A stretch of 64,000 nucleotides of DNA, from NCBI GenBank assembly GCA_963843795.1, contig CAWJLW010000006.1, positions 1,488,001-1,552,000 of the forward strand, written 5' to 3'. The translations under genes were made by a program, and so were the position numbers. The notes below the pieces were generated by a model. The model had not been told where the DNA came from and did no database searches. It worked only from the letters and a program-made list of their open reading frames with translations. This document shows positions 48,515 through 58,881 of the stretch, piece after piece. Every line of letters begins with the position of its first letter. Positions within the stretch are counted from its first letter, which is position 1. Origin of the DNA: an uncultured bacterium (GTDB taxonomy: Bacteria; Armatimonadota; Abditibacteriia; Abditibacteriales; Abditibacteriaceae).

Positions 48515-50434
48515 ATGACAACGATACCGAGCGCCCTCGCTCCCCGGCCATTGCACCACCAAAGCACTGAAACCGTTCCACAACCAACTCCTTGGCAGCG
48601 CGATTTGCTGTGGATTTTTTTGTTGGCGTTGCCATTATTCTTCTGGGGAGTTGGCGCGTGGGGGTTTTTCGATCCCGACGAAGGACGCTACGCAGAAATT
48701 CCTCGCGAAATGCTCGTGCGACACGATTTCATCACACCGACACTCAATTTCCTCAAATACTTTGAAAAACCGCCGCTGCTGTACTGGAGCGTCGCTGCTT
48801 TCTATAAAATCTTTGGCTTCCACGAATGGGCCGCACGCTTAGTCTCGGCGCTCGCGGCGCTGCTGGGAGTGTTCACCGCCTACGCTCTGGGCCGCCGTAT
48901 GTTCGGACGGCGCGCCGGTTTGCTGAGCGCGATTATTCTGGCGACGTCGGTTTTTTGGGCCTTCATGGCGCGCTTCATTATTATCGATACGCTGCTTTCG
49001 GCGATGATTTTTCTGTCACTGGCTCTGTGGTGGCTCGGACACACGCAAGACACCGCTGGCAATGGACATGATGCTCATGAAGATAACTCGCGCACGCAAC
49101 TTTATTTTCTGGGGTTTTGGGTGGCATTAGCACTGGGCGTGTTGTCCAAGGGGCCGGTTGTCGTCGTTTTAATCGGCGGCACAATTTTCCTTTATACGGC
49201 GATTTGCCAACAGTGGCGGGCGTGGACGAGAATGCAATGGATTTTGGGCGTGCCGTTGTTTCTGCTGGTGACGGCACCGTGGTTCGTTTTGGTGGCGCAG
49301 CGCAATCCCGAATTCAATCATTTCTTCTGGTATGACCAACACATCGGACGTTTCCTGGGCAGAGGCAAAGTCGAGCATCAGCAGCGGGTGTATTGGTTTT
49401 TGGAATTCCTGCCGCTGCTGTTTTTCCCGTGGTCATTTTTTGTGCCCGCTGCTTTAATCGAAGGTTGGCGCAAATTAAGGCGCGCGCCCCGTAACGCCGA
49501 ACTTTATACGCCACGCCAACGCGCCGTGATTTTCCTGCTGTGCGGTGCCGGTTTTATCACTGCTTTCTTTTCATTGTCCAGTTCGAAATTATTGACTTAT
49601 GTTTTGCCGGTTTTGCCTCTGCTTGCTGTCTTGATGGCGGCTTATTTCAACTTTCTGCTCGAACGCATAGAACGAAATGAAATGCATTCGTGGCATCGTG
49701 CACTCAGCGGTGGCGCGCTAGCATTAACGCTGGTTTTAGTACTGACAGTTATTGGCGGCGCCACAGTCGGCGTGAAAAAGCTGTATTCTATCGAGGCCTT
49801 GTCCGCGCTTTATGTGGTGCCTGTATGCATCGCGTGCGCGCTTTGGGCATCGAGTCTGATGTGGGCGACGCGGCGGCGGCGGTTGGGCTGGCTGATAGTG
49901 GCGATTTCGGGCGGTTTTTCGGCGTTTTTACTGGGCGCGTTGTTCATCGTGCAAGCCGCCGCGCCCAATCATTTGCCGCAAGCCTTAATTGCTTACATTC
50001 AGCCCGGTTTGCGAGCCGGTGGCAAAGTTGCCACTTGGAATAGCTACACGCAAAGCGTCGGCTTTTATTCGGGGCAACGGTTGCGCACTTTCGTCAATCA
50101 CGAAGATACCGATGCCGGTGAACTGGTGGAAATTCCGCTCAGCCAGCAGAATATGAGCGAAGCAGAACAGAAGTTTTGGTTTCCGGTTGGCATTGAAGAT
50201 TTGCGACAGTTTTTGGCGCAGGACAAACCGGCCTACTGCTTGATGAAAGATCATCAAATGGCGCAGCAAGTACTTGCACAGCTCAATGATAACTCGCAGG
50301 AAATCATTTGGAACAAGCGGCGCGCTCTGATCGGTAATCGCGCTGCCGTTGCTCTCACGCCGCCCAAGCCCGGCGGTTTGCTGGGCGTCGAGACCGCAGA
50401 TATTAAAAACAGCGTTCTCGAGCGCTCTAATTAA
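48515..50434 (+). CDS. arnT: ArnT-like GT-C lipid-carrier-dependent glycosyltransferase
   Basis: DPDEGRYAEIPREM, YFEKPPLLYW, LSKGP, SKLLTY; adjacent to arnBCAD. Confidence 0.88.
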   Translation: MTTIPSALAPRPLHHQSTETVPQPTPWQRDLLWIFLLALPLFFWGVGAWGFFDPDEGRYAEIPREMLVRHDFITPTLNFLKYFEKPPLLYWSVAAFYKIFGFHEWAARLVSALAALLGVFTAYALGRRMFGRRAGLLSAIILATSVFWAFMARFIIIDTLLSAMIFLSLALWWLGHTQDTAGNGHDAHEDNSRTQLYFLGFWVALALGVLSKGPVVVVLIGGTIFLYTAICQQWRAWTRMQWILGVPLFLLVTAPWFVLVAQRNPEFNHFFWYDQHIGRFLGRGKVEHQQRVYWFLEFLPLLFFPWSFFVPAALIEGWRKLRRAPRNAELYTPRQRAVIFLLCGAGFITAFFSLSSSKLLTYVLPVLPLLAVLMAAYFNFLLERIERNEMHSWHRALSGGALALTLVLVLTVIGGATVGVKKLYSIEALSALYVVPVCIACALWASSLMWATRRRRLGWLIVAISGGFSAFLLGALFIVQAAAPNHLPQALIAYIQPGLRAGGKVATWNSYTQSVGFYSGQRLRTFVNHEDTDAGELVEIPLSQQNMSEAEQKFWFPVGIEDLRQFLAQDKPAYCLMKDHQMAQQVLAQLNDNSQEIIWNKRRALIGNRAAVALTPPKPGGLLGVETADIKNSVLERSN

Positions 50435-50495
50435 GGCGTTGGCAAACCAAGAGGCGGCAAGTCGATAACACTCTGGCGCGCTCCAAGGATCATTG

Positions 50496-51668
50496 ATGTA
50501 TTTCCGAGAAGATTTTTTACCGTTTTCGCGACCCTCGATTTCCGAAGCCGAAATCGCCCAGGTCGCCGAGGTTTTGCGCTCCGGCTGGATCACCACTGGT
50601 CCGCGCAACGCCCAGTTTGAAGCCGACTTTTGCGCTTATACCGGCAGCCGACACGCCGTCGCCATCGCTTCGGCCACGGCGGGAATGCACCTGCTTTTAG
50701 AAGCCATGAACATCGGTCCTGGCGACGAAATCATCACACCTTCAATGACGTGGGTTTCCACGCCGAACCTCATTACGCTTAGCGGTGCGCGTCCGGTCTG
50801 GGTCGATGTTGACCGTGACACGTTGCAAATGCAGCCCGCCGCCTTGCGCGCTGCCATCACGCCGCGCACGCGCCTCATCGTGCCCGTTCATTTCGCCGGG
50901 GCGCCCGCCGACCTGGACGCGCTGCGCGCCATCGCCGAAGAACACGATATTGCCTTGGTTGAAGATGCCGCGCACGCCATCGGAACCGAATATCGCGGCG
51001 AGAAAATTGGTGCGCGCGGCTCGTCGATTTTCTCGTTTCATCCCATCAAAAATCTCACTACCGGCGAAGGCGGAATGTTTTGTTCGGACGACGATGCGCT
51101 GATTGAACAGGTGCGGCGTTTGAAGTTTCACGGATTGGGCGTAGATGCTTTCGACCGTCAGATGCAAGGCCGCTCGCCGCAGGCCGAAGTACTGGAGCCG
51201 GGCTTCAAATATAATCTCACCGACATCGCCGCCACGCTTGGCATCAGTCAGCTGGCACAATTGGACGAATTCATCGCGCGCCGCACGCAGTTGGCCGCGC
51301 GTTACTACGAACTGCTGGCCGATATTCCCGAAATTTCGCCCTTGCAAGTGCCGCCGTATCCGCATCGTCATGCGTGGCATTTGTTCATCGTGCGCGTGGA
51401 CATCGAACGCGCCGGTTTGACGCGTGACGAATTTATGGCCGCGCTCAAAGCGCGCAATATTGGCAGTGGGTTACATTTTCGCGCCGTGCATTCGCAGAAG
51501 TATTTCCGCGAAAACAGTTTCCATGAAGTCGATTTGCCTAACACCAATTGGAATTCCGCGCGCATTTGTTCGCTGCCGTTGTTTCCCGCCATGCGCGACG
51601 ACGATGTAGACGCGACCGTCTCAGCGATTCGGGACGCGTTGGGCGCGGCGAAAAGAGGAAGCCTATGA
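50496..51668 (+). CDS. arnB: UDP-4-amino-4-deoxy-L-arabinose aminotransferase
   Basis: [48 protein letters not shown]. Confidence 0.93.
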   Translation: MYFREDFLPFSRPSISEAEIAQVAEVLRSGWITTGPRNAQFEADFCAYTGSRHAVAIASATAGMHLLLEAMNIGPGDEIITPSMTWVSTPNLITLSGARPVWVDVDRDTLQMQPAALRAAITPRTRLIVPVHFAGAPADLDALRAIAEEHDIALVEDAAHAIGTEYRGEKIGARGSSIFSFHPIKNLTTGEGGMFCSDDDALIEQVRRLKFHGLGVDAFDRQMQGRSPQAEVLEPGFKYNLTDIAATLGISQLAQLDEFIARRTQLAARYYELLADIPEISPLQVPPYPHRHAWHLFIVRVDIERAGLTRDEFMAALKARNIGSGLHFRAVHSQKYFRENSFHEVDLPNTNWNSARICSLPLFPAMRDDDVDATVSAIRDALGAAKRGSL

Positions 51669-52729
51669 AAGCGATGTCGCCCATCGAAACGGTTTCGGTC
51701 GTAATTCCGGTTTACAACGAAGAAGGCAACTTGCCCGAACTCTTGCGCCGCACTCTGGAATCGTGCCGCGCCATGCAGCGCCCGTTCGAACTGATTCTGA
51801 TTGATGATGGTAGCCGCGATAGCTCGGTGAATCTCATGGAAGCTGCGGCAGCGCAAAATGCGGAAGTGGTGTGCGTGCTGCTCAATCGCAATTATGGTCA
51901 ACATGCGGCAATCATGGCCGGTTTCGCGCAGGCGCGTGGCGATCTGGTAATTACGCTCGATGCCGATTTACAAAACCCGCCGGAAGAAATTCCCCGTTTG
52001 GTCGAAAAAGCCGGCGAAGGATTCGATGTCGTGGGCACAGTGCGACTCAACCGCGCCGACAGCGGTTTTCGCAAATTCGCCAGTTCTCTGGTCAACAAAG
52101 TGACGGCTAAAGCCACTGGTGTGATGATGCACGATTACGGTTGTATGCTGCGCGCTTATCGTCGTCACGTCGTCCAAGCGATGCTGCAATGCCACGAGCG
52201 CAGCACTTTCATTCCCGCGCTGGCCAATTCGTTCGCGCGCCACGCAACCGAAATCGAGGTTTCGCACGCCGCGCGCGCGACCGGCGAATCGAAATACAGC
52301 GTGTGGAAGCTAATCAATTTGCAGTTCGATTTGCTCACTGGCATCAGCACGTTTCCATTGCGTTTGCTGAGCTTGATCGGTACTTTCGTTTCAGTCTTAG
52401 GTATTGGCTTTGGTGTTTTGCTTTTGGCGTTGCGTATATTTTTTGGTCGCATATGGGCAGCCGAAGGCGTTTTCACTTTGTTCGCCATCTTGTTTATTTT
52501 CGTCGGTTTGCAGTTCATCGGCATGGGACTTCTGGGCGAATACATCGGGCGCATTTATCAGGATGTGCGCGCTCGTCCGCGCTTTTTTGTGCAAGAAGTG
52601 AGCGGAACTGGGTTGCGGAAAATGGACGCGAACACCAATGATTTGGACAGCGCACCGATGCCGATTGGCGCGGGCACGCCACATTTGCGCGAAACGGAAG
52701 CCGTGCAAGTACTTGCAGCGCGTTCATAA
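51665..52729 (+). CDS. arnC: Undecaprenyl-phosphate Ara4FN transferase
   Basis: [62 protein letters not shown]. Confidence 0.93.
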   Translation: MKAMSPIETVSVVIPVYNEEGNLPELLRRTLESCRAMQRPFELILIDDGSRDSSVNLMEAAAAQNAEVVCVLLNRNYGQHAAIMAGFAQARGDLVITLDADLQNPPEEIPRLVEKAGEGFDVVGTVRLNRADSGFRKFASSLVNKVTAKATGVMMHDYGCMLRAYRRHVVQAMLQCHERSTFIPALANSFARHATEIEVSHAARATGESKYSVWKLINLQFDLLTGISTFPLRLLSLIGTFVSVLGIGFGVLLLALRIFFGRIWAAEGVFTLFAILFIFVGLQFIGMGLLGEYIGRIYQDVRARPRFFVQEVSGTGLRKMDANTNDLDSAPMPIGAGTPHLRETEAVQVLAARS

Positions 52730-52840
52730 GCAGAAGTTCATTTAAAAGCAGAAACTGATTGAATCTTCGTGCTTTGAACGTGGTGCAAGTACTTGCAGCG
52801 CAACAGTATCAACATCCATCCCTCAAGGATTAAAATTTCT

Positions 52841-54841
52841 ATGAAAGCAGTTGTCCTGGCATATCACAATGTTGGTTGCGTTGGTCTCGAAGCTTTGCTG
52901 CGTCACGGCGTCGAAGTCGTGGCCGTATTCACACACCGCGACGATCCACACGAAAACGTCTGGTTCGATTCGGTGGCGGCTCTGGCCGCCGCGCACAACA
53001 TTCCGGTTTACGCGCCCGACGACATCAATCATCCAATTTGGACGCGGCGCATTGCGGAAATGCAGCCGGATATTTTGTTTTCGTTTTATTATCGCAACCT
53101 GATTCGCCCCACTCTACTCGATATTCCGCCGCAAGGCTGTCTCAATTTGCATGGTTCGCTGCTGCCCAAATATCGCGGGCGCGTGCCGGTTAACTGGGCT
53201 TTGATTCACGGAGAAACGGAAACCGGAGTTACGCTGCACTACATGACGCCGCGCCCCGACGATGGCGACATCGTCGCCCAACAAAGCATGCCAATTACGC
53301 CCAACGACACCGCGCGCACGCTTTTCGACAAAATCGTCGGCGCATCCACGCAACTTTTGGACGGTATTCTGCCCGCCATCATCGCTGGCAACGCGCCGCG
53401 CACGCCACAAAACGCTGCCGAAGCGACTTATTTCGGCGGGCGCAAAGCCGATGACGGCGAAATTGACTGGACACAAAGCGCCACGCAAATCCGCAACTTA
53501 ATTCGCGCCGTTTCGCAGCCTTATCCGGGCGCATTCACGCAACATCTCGACGATAAACTCATCGTGTGGCAAGCGACGGTCGCGGAAGCGAAAAAGGCCG
53601 AGGCGGGCACAATTCTTTCGCTCGAACCGCTGCTTATCGCGTGTGGCGAAGGCGCTTTGCGCATCGATTTCGCGCAGGCCGAGAACGGCATTTACACTAC
53701 GGGCGCGCAGGCCGCCGCAGAATTGCGTTTGGTGGCTGGCACGAAATTGGGCGTTCGCCCGCCGCAGCGAGTGAAGAAAAAAACCAGCATTTTGATTCTG
53801 GGCGCCAACGGTTTCATTGGCAACGCGCTCAGCGAGCGTTTACTGGCCGACGGCAATTATGAAATTCACGGTCTAGATTTGCACTGCGACAAAATCGAGC
53901 GTTTGCTGGGCCGTCCCAATTTTCATTTCGAAGAAGGCGATATTTCAATTCATCGCGAATGGATCGAATATCATGTGCGCAAATGCGATGTCGTAATTCC
54001 TCTGGTGGCCATCGCCACGCCGATTGAATATGTGCGCAACCCGCTGCGCGTTTTCAACCTGGATTTCGAGGAAAACCTGCGCGTGGTGCGCTACTGCGCC
54101 AAGTATCGCAAGCGCGTCGTTTTCCCTTCAACTTCCGAAGTTTATGGAATGTGCGACGAGGACGAATTTGATGAAGACAATTCACAATTGGTGCTGGGAC
54201 CAATTCGGATGCAGCGCTGGATCTATTCCTGCTCCAAGCAATTGTTGGATCGCGTGATCTGGGCTTACGGTCAGCAAGAAGGTTTGCAGTTCACGCTTTT
54301 CCGACCGTTCAACTGGATCGGCCCGCGTCTGGACACTTTGCAATCGGCACGCATCGGAAGCTCGCGCGCGATTACGCAACTGATTTTGAATCTGGTCGAA
54401 GGTAGCCCCATTTCTCTCGTCGATGGCGGCCTGCAAAAGCGCTGTTTCACTGCCACAGATGACGCCATCGAGTGTTTGTTCCGCATCATTGAAAACCCGG
54501 ACGGCGTTTGCGATGGCCAGATTTTCAACATCGGCAATCCCGACAACGAAGCCAGCATCAAAGAACTCGCGCAAATGGTCGTCGATGAATTTGAAACGCA
54601 CCCGCTGCGTTCGCATTTTCCGGCTTTCGCCGGTTTTCAGGAAGTCGAAAGCGCCAATTATTATGGCAGCGGCGGCTATCAGGACGTGGAACATCGTCGT
54701 CCCAGCATTCACAAAGCTGATAAATTGCTCGGCTGGACGCCCACAATCGGGATGCAGGAAGCGGTTGCGATCACGGTCGATTTCTTCTTGCGCGAAGCCA
54801 TTGAAAGCGGCGATTTCGCGCTTAATTCCGTCGAGGTTTAA
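52841..54841 (+). CDS. arnA: Bifunctional UDP-GlcA decarboxylase / UDP-Ara4N formyltransferase
   Basis: [51 protein letters not shown]. Confidence 0.95.
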   Translation: MKAVVLAYHNVGCVGLEALLRHGVEVVAVFTHRDDPHENVWFDSVAALAAAHNIPVYAPDDINHPIWTRRIAEMQPDILFSFYYRNLIRPTLLDIPPQGCLNLHGSLLPKYRGRVPVNWALIHGETETGVTLHYMTPRPDDGDIVAQQSMPITPNDTARTLFDKIVGASTQLLDGILPAIIAGNAPRTPQNAAEATYFGGRKADDGEIDWTQSATQIRNLIRAVSQPYPGAFTQHLDDKLIVWQATVAEAKKAEAGTILSLEPLLIACGEGALRIDFAQAENGIYTTGAQAAAELRLVAGTKLGVRPPQRVKKKTSILILGANGFIGNALSERLLADGNYEIHGLDLHCDKIERLLGRPNFHFEEGDISIHREWIEYHVRKCDVVIPLVAIATPIEYVRNPLRVFNLDFEENLRVVRYCAKYRKRVVFPSTSEVYGMCDEDEFDEDNSQLVLGPIRMQRWIYSCSKQLLDRVIWAYGQQEGLQFTLFRPFNWIGPRLDTLQSARIGSSRAITQLILNLVEGSPISLVDGGLQKRCFTATDDAIECLFRIIENPDGVCDGQIFNIGNPDNEASIKELAQMVVDEFETHPLRSHFPAFAGFQEVESANYYGSGGYQDVEHRRPSIHKADKLLGWTPTIGMQEAVAITVDFFLREAIESGDFALNSVEV

Positions 54842-54847
54842 ATCATT

Positions 54848-55750
54848 TTGGGCATAAATTCCCGCCAAATTGGCTTGCGCATCGATGTCGATACTTTGCG
54901 CGGCACGCAGCGCGGTGTACCCGCGCTGTGCCGCATTCTGGCGCAGCGACAAATCAAGGGCACGTTCTTTTTCTCGGTCGGCCCCGACAATATGGGCCGC
55001 CATTTGTGGCGCTTATTGAAGCCGCAATTTCTGCTCAAGATGCTGCGTTCCAACGCCCCTTCGCTCTATGGCTGGGACATCATTTTGCGCGGCACGCTGT
55101 GGCCCGGCCCACTTATTGGCGCGGCCAATGTCACGGCGATTCGAGCCGTCGCCCAGGGCGGCCACGAAATCGGCATTCACGCTTGGGATCATTACGCCTG
55201 GCAAACCCACGTCGAACGTGCTGGTTTGGCGGGCGTGCGCGAATGGATGCAGCGCGCCGCGCAAGTTCTCACCGACATCACCGGACGCGCGCCGACGTGC
55301 GCTGCCACGCCGGGCTGGCGTTGTACAGATGAAGTTTTGATTAATCGCGAAGAATTTGACTTCGCTTTCAACAGCGATTGTCGCGGCCAAAGCGTATTTC
55401 GCCCGCAGGTCAAGGGGCAAGCTCTTTCGCAACCACAAGTTCCCAGCACATTGCCAACGTATGACGAACTCATTGGTCAAGATGGCATCACCAACGAAAA
55501 CTACAATCGCCATTTGATGAGTTTATTGCGCCCGAATCAATTGAACGTTTTGACAATTCACGCCGAAGCCGAAGGCATCGTGTGCGCCGATTTGTTCGCG
55601 CAATTTTTAGATGAAGTGCTATCGCAAGGCTGGCAGGTTGTGCCGTTGGGCAGAATTGTGCAGCAGGCCCAGTCGCAGACATTGCCGCAATGCGAGGTTT
55701 TGAAGCAAGTGATTGCGGGCCGCGAAGGTTGGGTAGCGGCGCAAAGCTAA
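54848..55750 (+). CDS. arnD: Ara4FN deformylase (TTG start uncertain)
   Basis: GLRIDVDT.RGT, FFFSVGPDNMGRHLWRL, HAWDH, TIHAEAEG. Confidence 0.93.
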   Translation: MGINSRQIGLRIDVDTLRGTQRGVPALCRILAQRQIKGTFFFSVGPDNMGRHLWRLLKPQFLLKMLRSNAPSLYGWDIILRGTLWPGPLIGAANVTAIRAVAQGGHEIGIHAWDHYAWQTHVERAGLAGVREWMQRAAQVLTDITGRAPTCAATPGWRCTDEVLINREEFDFAFNSDCRGQSVFRPQVKGQALSQPQVPSTLPTYDELIGQDGITNENYNRHLMSLLRPNQLNVLTIHAEAEGIVCADLFAQFLDEVLSQGWQVVPLGRIVQQAQSQTLPQCEVLKQVIAGREGWVAAQS

Positions 55751-55786
55751 AAATATGTTGCAAGTATTTGCAACATATTTTTAGCT
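55745..55786. terminator. 42-bp palindrome (one mismatch) spanning the convergent stops of arnD and the feo cluster
   Basis: agctaaaaatatgttgcaagt|atttgcaacatatttttagct. Confidence 0.8.
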
Positions 55787-55976
55787 ATTTCGATTGTGGC
55801 GGTTTCAAATTCATCTGAATTTGCACCAGTTCTGGCTGCTTCGGCGCGGTGTTCGATGGGCATTTGCCGCAACCGCCGTTGCCGCACGAGCCGCCGCCCA
55901 TCGAATCGCGCAGGGTGCGCCACACGTTCCATGCGGCGACCCCGACGATAGCAAAAACTGCAATTTCTTGTATCAT
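55785..55976 (-). CDS. FeoB-associated small Cys-rich membrane protein
   Basis: One TM helix then GSCGNGGCGKCP; directly downstream of feoB. Confidence 0.8.
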   Translation of the reverse strand: MIQEIAVFAIVGVAAWNVWRTLRDSMGGGSCGNGGCGKCPSNTAPKQPELVQIQMNLKPPQSK

Positions 55977-56037
55977 TTTCTGTTCTCTAACTTGTTTCAA
56001 TCAAACTTTCGTCCTGCAAGTACTTGCAGGGCAATTT

Positions 56038-58245
56038 TTAGCCCCAGCCGAGCCAGCGCCCGCCTTGATAGACAATCAAACTGGCGAAATAGGCCAGAGC
56101 CGTGAGATAAACCTGCATCACAATTGGCCATTTCCAGCCGTTAGTTTCGCGACGCACAATCGCCAAAGTCGAAATGCACTGCATCGCCAAGACGAAATAA
56201 ACCAAGAGCGAAACTGCGGTTAAGGTCGTCCAGACCGGACGGCCATCAGGCCAGCGGTCGGCGCGCAAGCTGTCTTGCAATGGTCGCGAGGTTTCATCCG
56301 CATCGGCGACCGAATACACGGTGCCCAGCGTCGAAACGAACACTTCGCGAGCCGACATCGCGCCGATTAAGCCGATGCCAATTTTCCAGTTGAAGCCCAG
56401 CGGCGCAATCAATGGTTCGATGACGTGGCCCAAACGACCCGCGAACGAATGACTAATTTGATCTGCTGCTTCGTGCTCTGCCTCCATTTTTTCCGCCCTT
56501 TGATCTGCGGTCACGGACGAAGTTTGCGCGGTAGGCATGGGCTGCGCGGGAGCAAGAATCGGCGTTTTGGGATAGCTAAGCAGGAACCAGAGCAGAATCG
56601 AAAGCGATAAAATTACGGTGCCAGCGCGTTTCAAAAACTGGCTGGCGCGATCCCACATCGTCACTAATATGTTGCGCCAACTCGGTGTTTTATACGCGGG
56701 CAACTCCAAAATCAACGAAGGCGGCGGCCCTTTCAAAACCGTGCTTTTCAAGAACCACGCCACCAATAGCGCAGCAATCACGCCGCCGGCATACAGCGAA
56801 AAAAGCGTCACGGCGCGCAACGATAGGACGCCCCAGTGACGGTTAGGGATAAACGCGCCGATCATCAGCGCATAAACTGGCAGGCGCGCCGAACACGCCA
56901 TTAACGGCGCAATTAAAATTGTCGTCAAGCGGTCGCGAGGGTCGGCGATGGTGCGCGTGGACATGATTCCCGGAATCGCACAGGCGAAGCTGGAAACGAG
57001 GGGAATAAAAGCGCGCCCATGCAAGCCGACCCGCGCCATCAATCTGTCCATCAAAAACGTGGCGCGCGCCATGTAACCGGTGTCTTCCAGCAAGCCGGTG
57101 AAGAAAAATAAGACCAAAATTTGTGGCAGGAAAATCACGACCGCGCCCACGCCCGCGATCACACCATCGACAACCAAATCGCGCAACGGGCCTTCCGGCA
57201 TTGACTGCGTCACCAGATTACCGGTTTGCGCCACCATCCCATCAATCCAATCCATCGGCACGGTGGCCCAGGTATAAATCGCTTGAAAAACCAGCAGAAT
57301 AATCAGCGCAAAAACTGCTAATCCGCCAATCGGATGCAGCAAAACGCTATCGACTCGGTCAGAAAACGAGCGCGGCGTTTGACTTTTAATTTGTTTGGTC
57401 ACGCGACGCGCGATTTGGGCGCTTTGCGTATGGCGCGCGCGCGCTTCTTCGGCGCCGATATCGCGCCCGACTTCTTTGGCGTGCAAATCGACGCAGGCTT
57501 CGATTTCCGGCCCCAACTGCGCGCGCCAACTCGCATCGGGAGAAGGGTCAGCCAGAATGCGCAGCGCGTTGGCTTCGCGGGCGCGCACGGTTTTCGGTAA
57601 GCGCTCGGCGATAATATTGCGCGCTACGCTCACATCTTCAGGCAGCGAAAGTTCCAAAGAACGCGGCGCGCCTTCTTCCACGACCAGCGCCAATTGTTCG
57701 CGCAGTTCATCCAAACCCTCGCCACGAATCGCAACACATGGCACGACCGGAGCGCCTAATTCGCGCGCCAATTCTTCGCTGTCGATTTCTTTGCCCTGCG
57801 CAAGGGCTACATCGCTCATGTTCAGCGCGATGACCGTCGGATAACCCAACTCAAGCACTTGCGTTGCCAGATATAAATTACCGCCCATATTGGAAGCATC
57901 GACGACGAGAATAATCGCATCGGGCAAATCGAGTTCGCTGCGCCAGTGCAGCAAAACGTCGCGCGTGATAGTTTCATCGGGTGAAGTTGGAACCAGAGAA
58001 TAAGTGCCCGGCAAATCTAATAAAGTCGCTTCGCCCCGCTCGGGCAGCCACAAGCGGCCTTCTTTTTTCTCGACTGTGACGCCAGGATAATTACCCACTT
58101 TCTGGCGCAGGCCGGTGAGAGCGTTGAACAGCGTAGTTTTGCCCGCATTGGGATTGCCGACCAGAGCCACACGCCGCGCCACTGCGGGCGCGCGCTTGTG
58201 CATGTCAGAAGCGCCAATTAAAACGGGAGAAGATACAGTTTTCAC
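56038..58245 (-). CDS. feoB: Ferrous iron transporter FeoB
   Basis: GNPNAGKT, VGNYPGVTVEKK, DLPGTYSL, LEDTGYMAR, CSARLPVY. Confidence 0.97.
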   Translation of the reverse strand: MKTVSSPVLIGASDMHKRAPAVARRVALVGNPNAGKTTLFNALTGLRQKVGNYPGVTVEKKEGRLWLPERGEATLLDLPGTYSLVPTSPDETITRDVLLHWRSELDLPDAIILVVDASNMGGNLYLATQVLELGYPTVIALNMSDVALAQGKEIDSEELARELGAPVVPCVAIRGEGLDELREQLALVVEEGAPRSLELSLPEDVSVARNIIAERLPKTVRAREANALRILADPSPDASWRAQLGPEIEACVDLHAKEVGRDIGAEEARARHTQSAQIARRVTKQIKSQTPRSFSDRVDSVLLHPIGGLAVFALIILLVFQAIYTWATVPMDWIDGMVAQTGNLVTQSMPEGPLRDLVVDGVIAGVGAVVIFLPQILVLFFFTGLLEDTGYMARATFLMDRLMARVGLHGRAFIPLVSSFACAIPGIMSTRTIADPRDRLTTILIAPLMACSARLPVYALMIGAFIPNRHWGVLSLRAVTLFSLYAGGVIAALLVAWFLKSTVLKGPPPSLILELPAYKTPSWRNILVTMWDRASQFLKRAGTVILSLSILLWFLLSYPKTPILAPAQPMPTAQTSSVTADQRAEKMEAEHEAADQISHSFAGRLGHVIEPLIAPLGFNWKIGIGLIGAMSAREVFVSTLGTVYSVADADETSRPLQDSLRADRWPDGRPVWTTLTAVSLLVYFVLAMQCISTLAIVRRETNGWKWPIVMQVYLTALAYFASLIVYQGGRWLGWG

Positions 58246-58365
58246 GGAAATTGAAGAAACACAAAAGGGAGAAAAAGGAAGTTTAAACGCAAAAAGCCCG
58301 TTGCAAGTACTTGCAACGGCGCTTTAGCAGGTCGGGCGCAGCACATTTACTAATTCATTTTCGTT

Positions 58366-58689
58366 TCAATCCTCAACATCGCGGCACAACACTTTTTCAG
58401 CGACCGCGTGGGCCAAACCAAAACGGGCATCGCACACACGCACCACAATCGGATGACCGTGTCGTAAAATTGTCACCCGAGCGCCTTCACACAAGCCCAA
58501 ATCGCGTAATCGCGCCGCCTCGCCCGCATCGTTGCACAACTGCTCGATGCGCACGCACTGTCCAGCACGCGCACAGCACAACGCCGTACATTGAGCCGCG
58601 TGCTCGTGAAGCGCCTGCGAGCGGGATGCCTCGTGGTGATTTTTCAACGGCGTGGCTTTTTTCCGACGGGCGAGAAATGTTGGTTTCAT
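58366..58689 (-). CDS. feoA: FeoA family protein
   Basis: RLRDLGLCEG..V.ILR..PIVVRV..RFGL; upstream of feoB. Confidence 0.85.
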   Translation of the reverse strand: MKPTFLARRKKATPLKNHHEASRSQALHEHAAQCTALCCARAGQCVRIEQLCNDAGEAARLRDLGLCEGARVTILRHGHPIVVRVCDARFGLAHAVAEKVLCRDVED

Positions 58690-58881
58690 AACAATGAATA
58701 AACAGTGCAATTCTAAATCCGACTCTTTCGCTCGGATTTGATTTCTAAATGCCAATTTAACCCAAAGACGCGCACAATGCAATACCGAATGGGAAAATTC
58801 ACCTACTTTCTATCGGGCATTTTCTGGCGGCAAAAGTTGCGCTCGGCATTTAAAAACCCTGTTTCGCTAAACTGCATAGCG

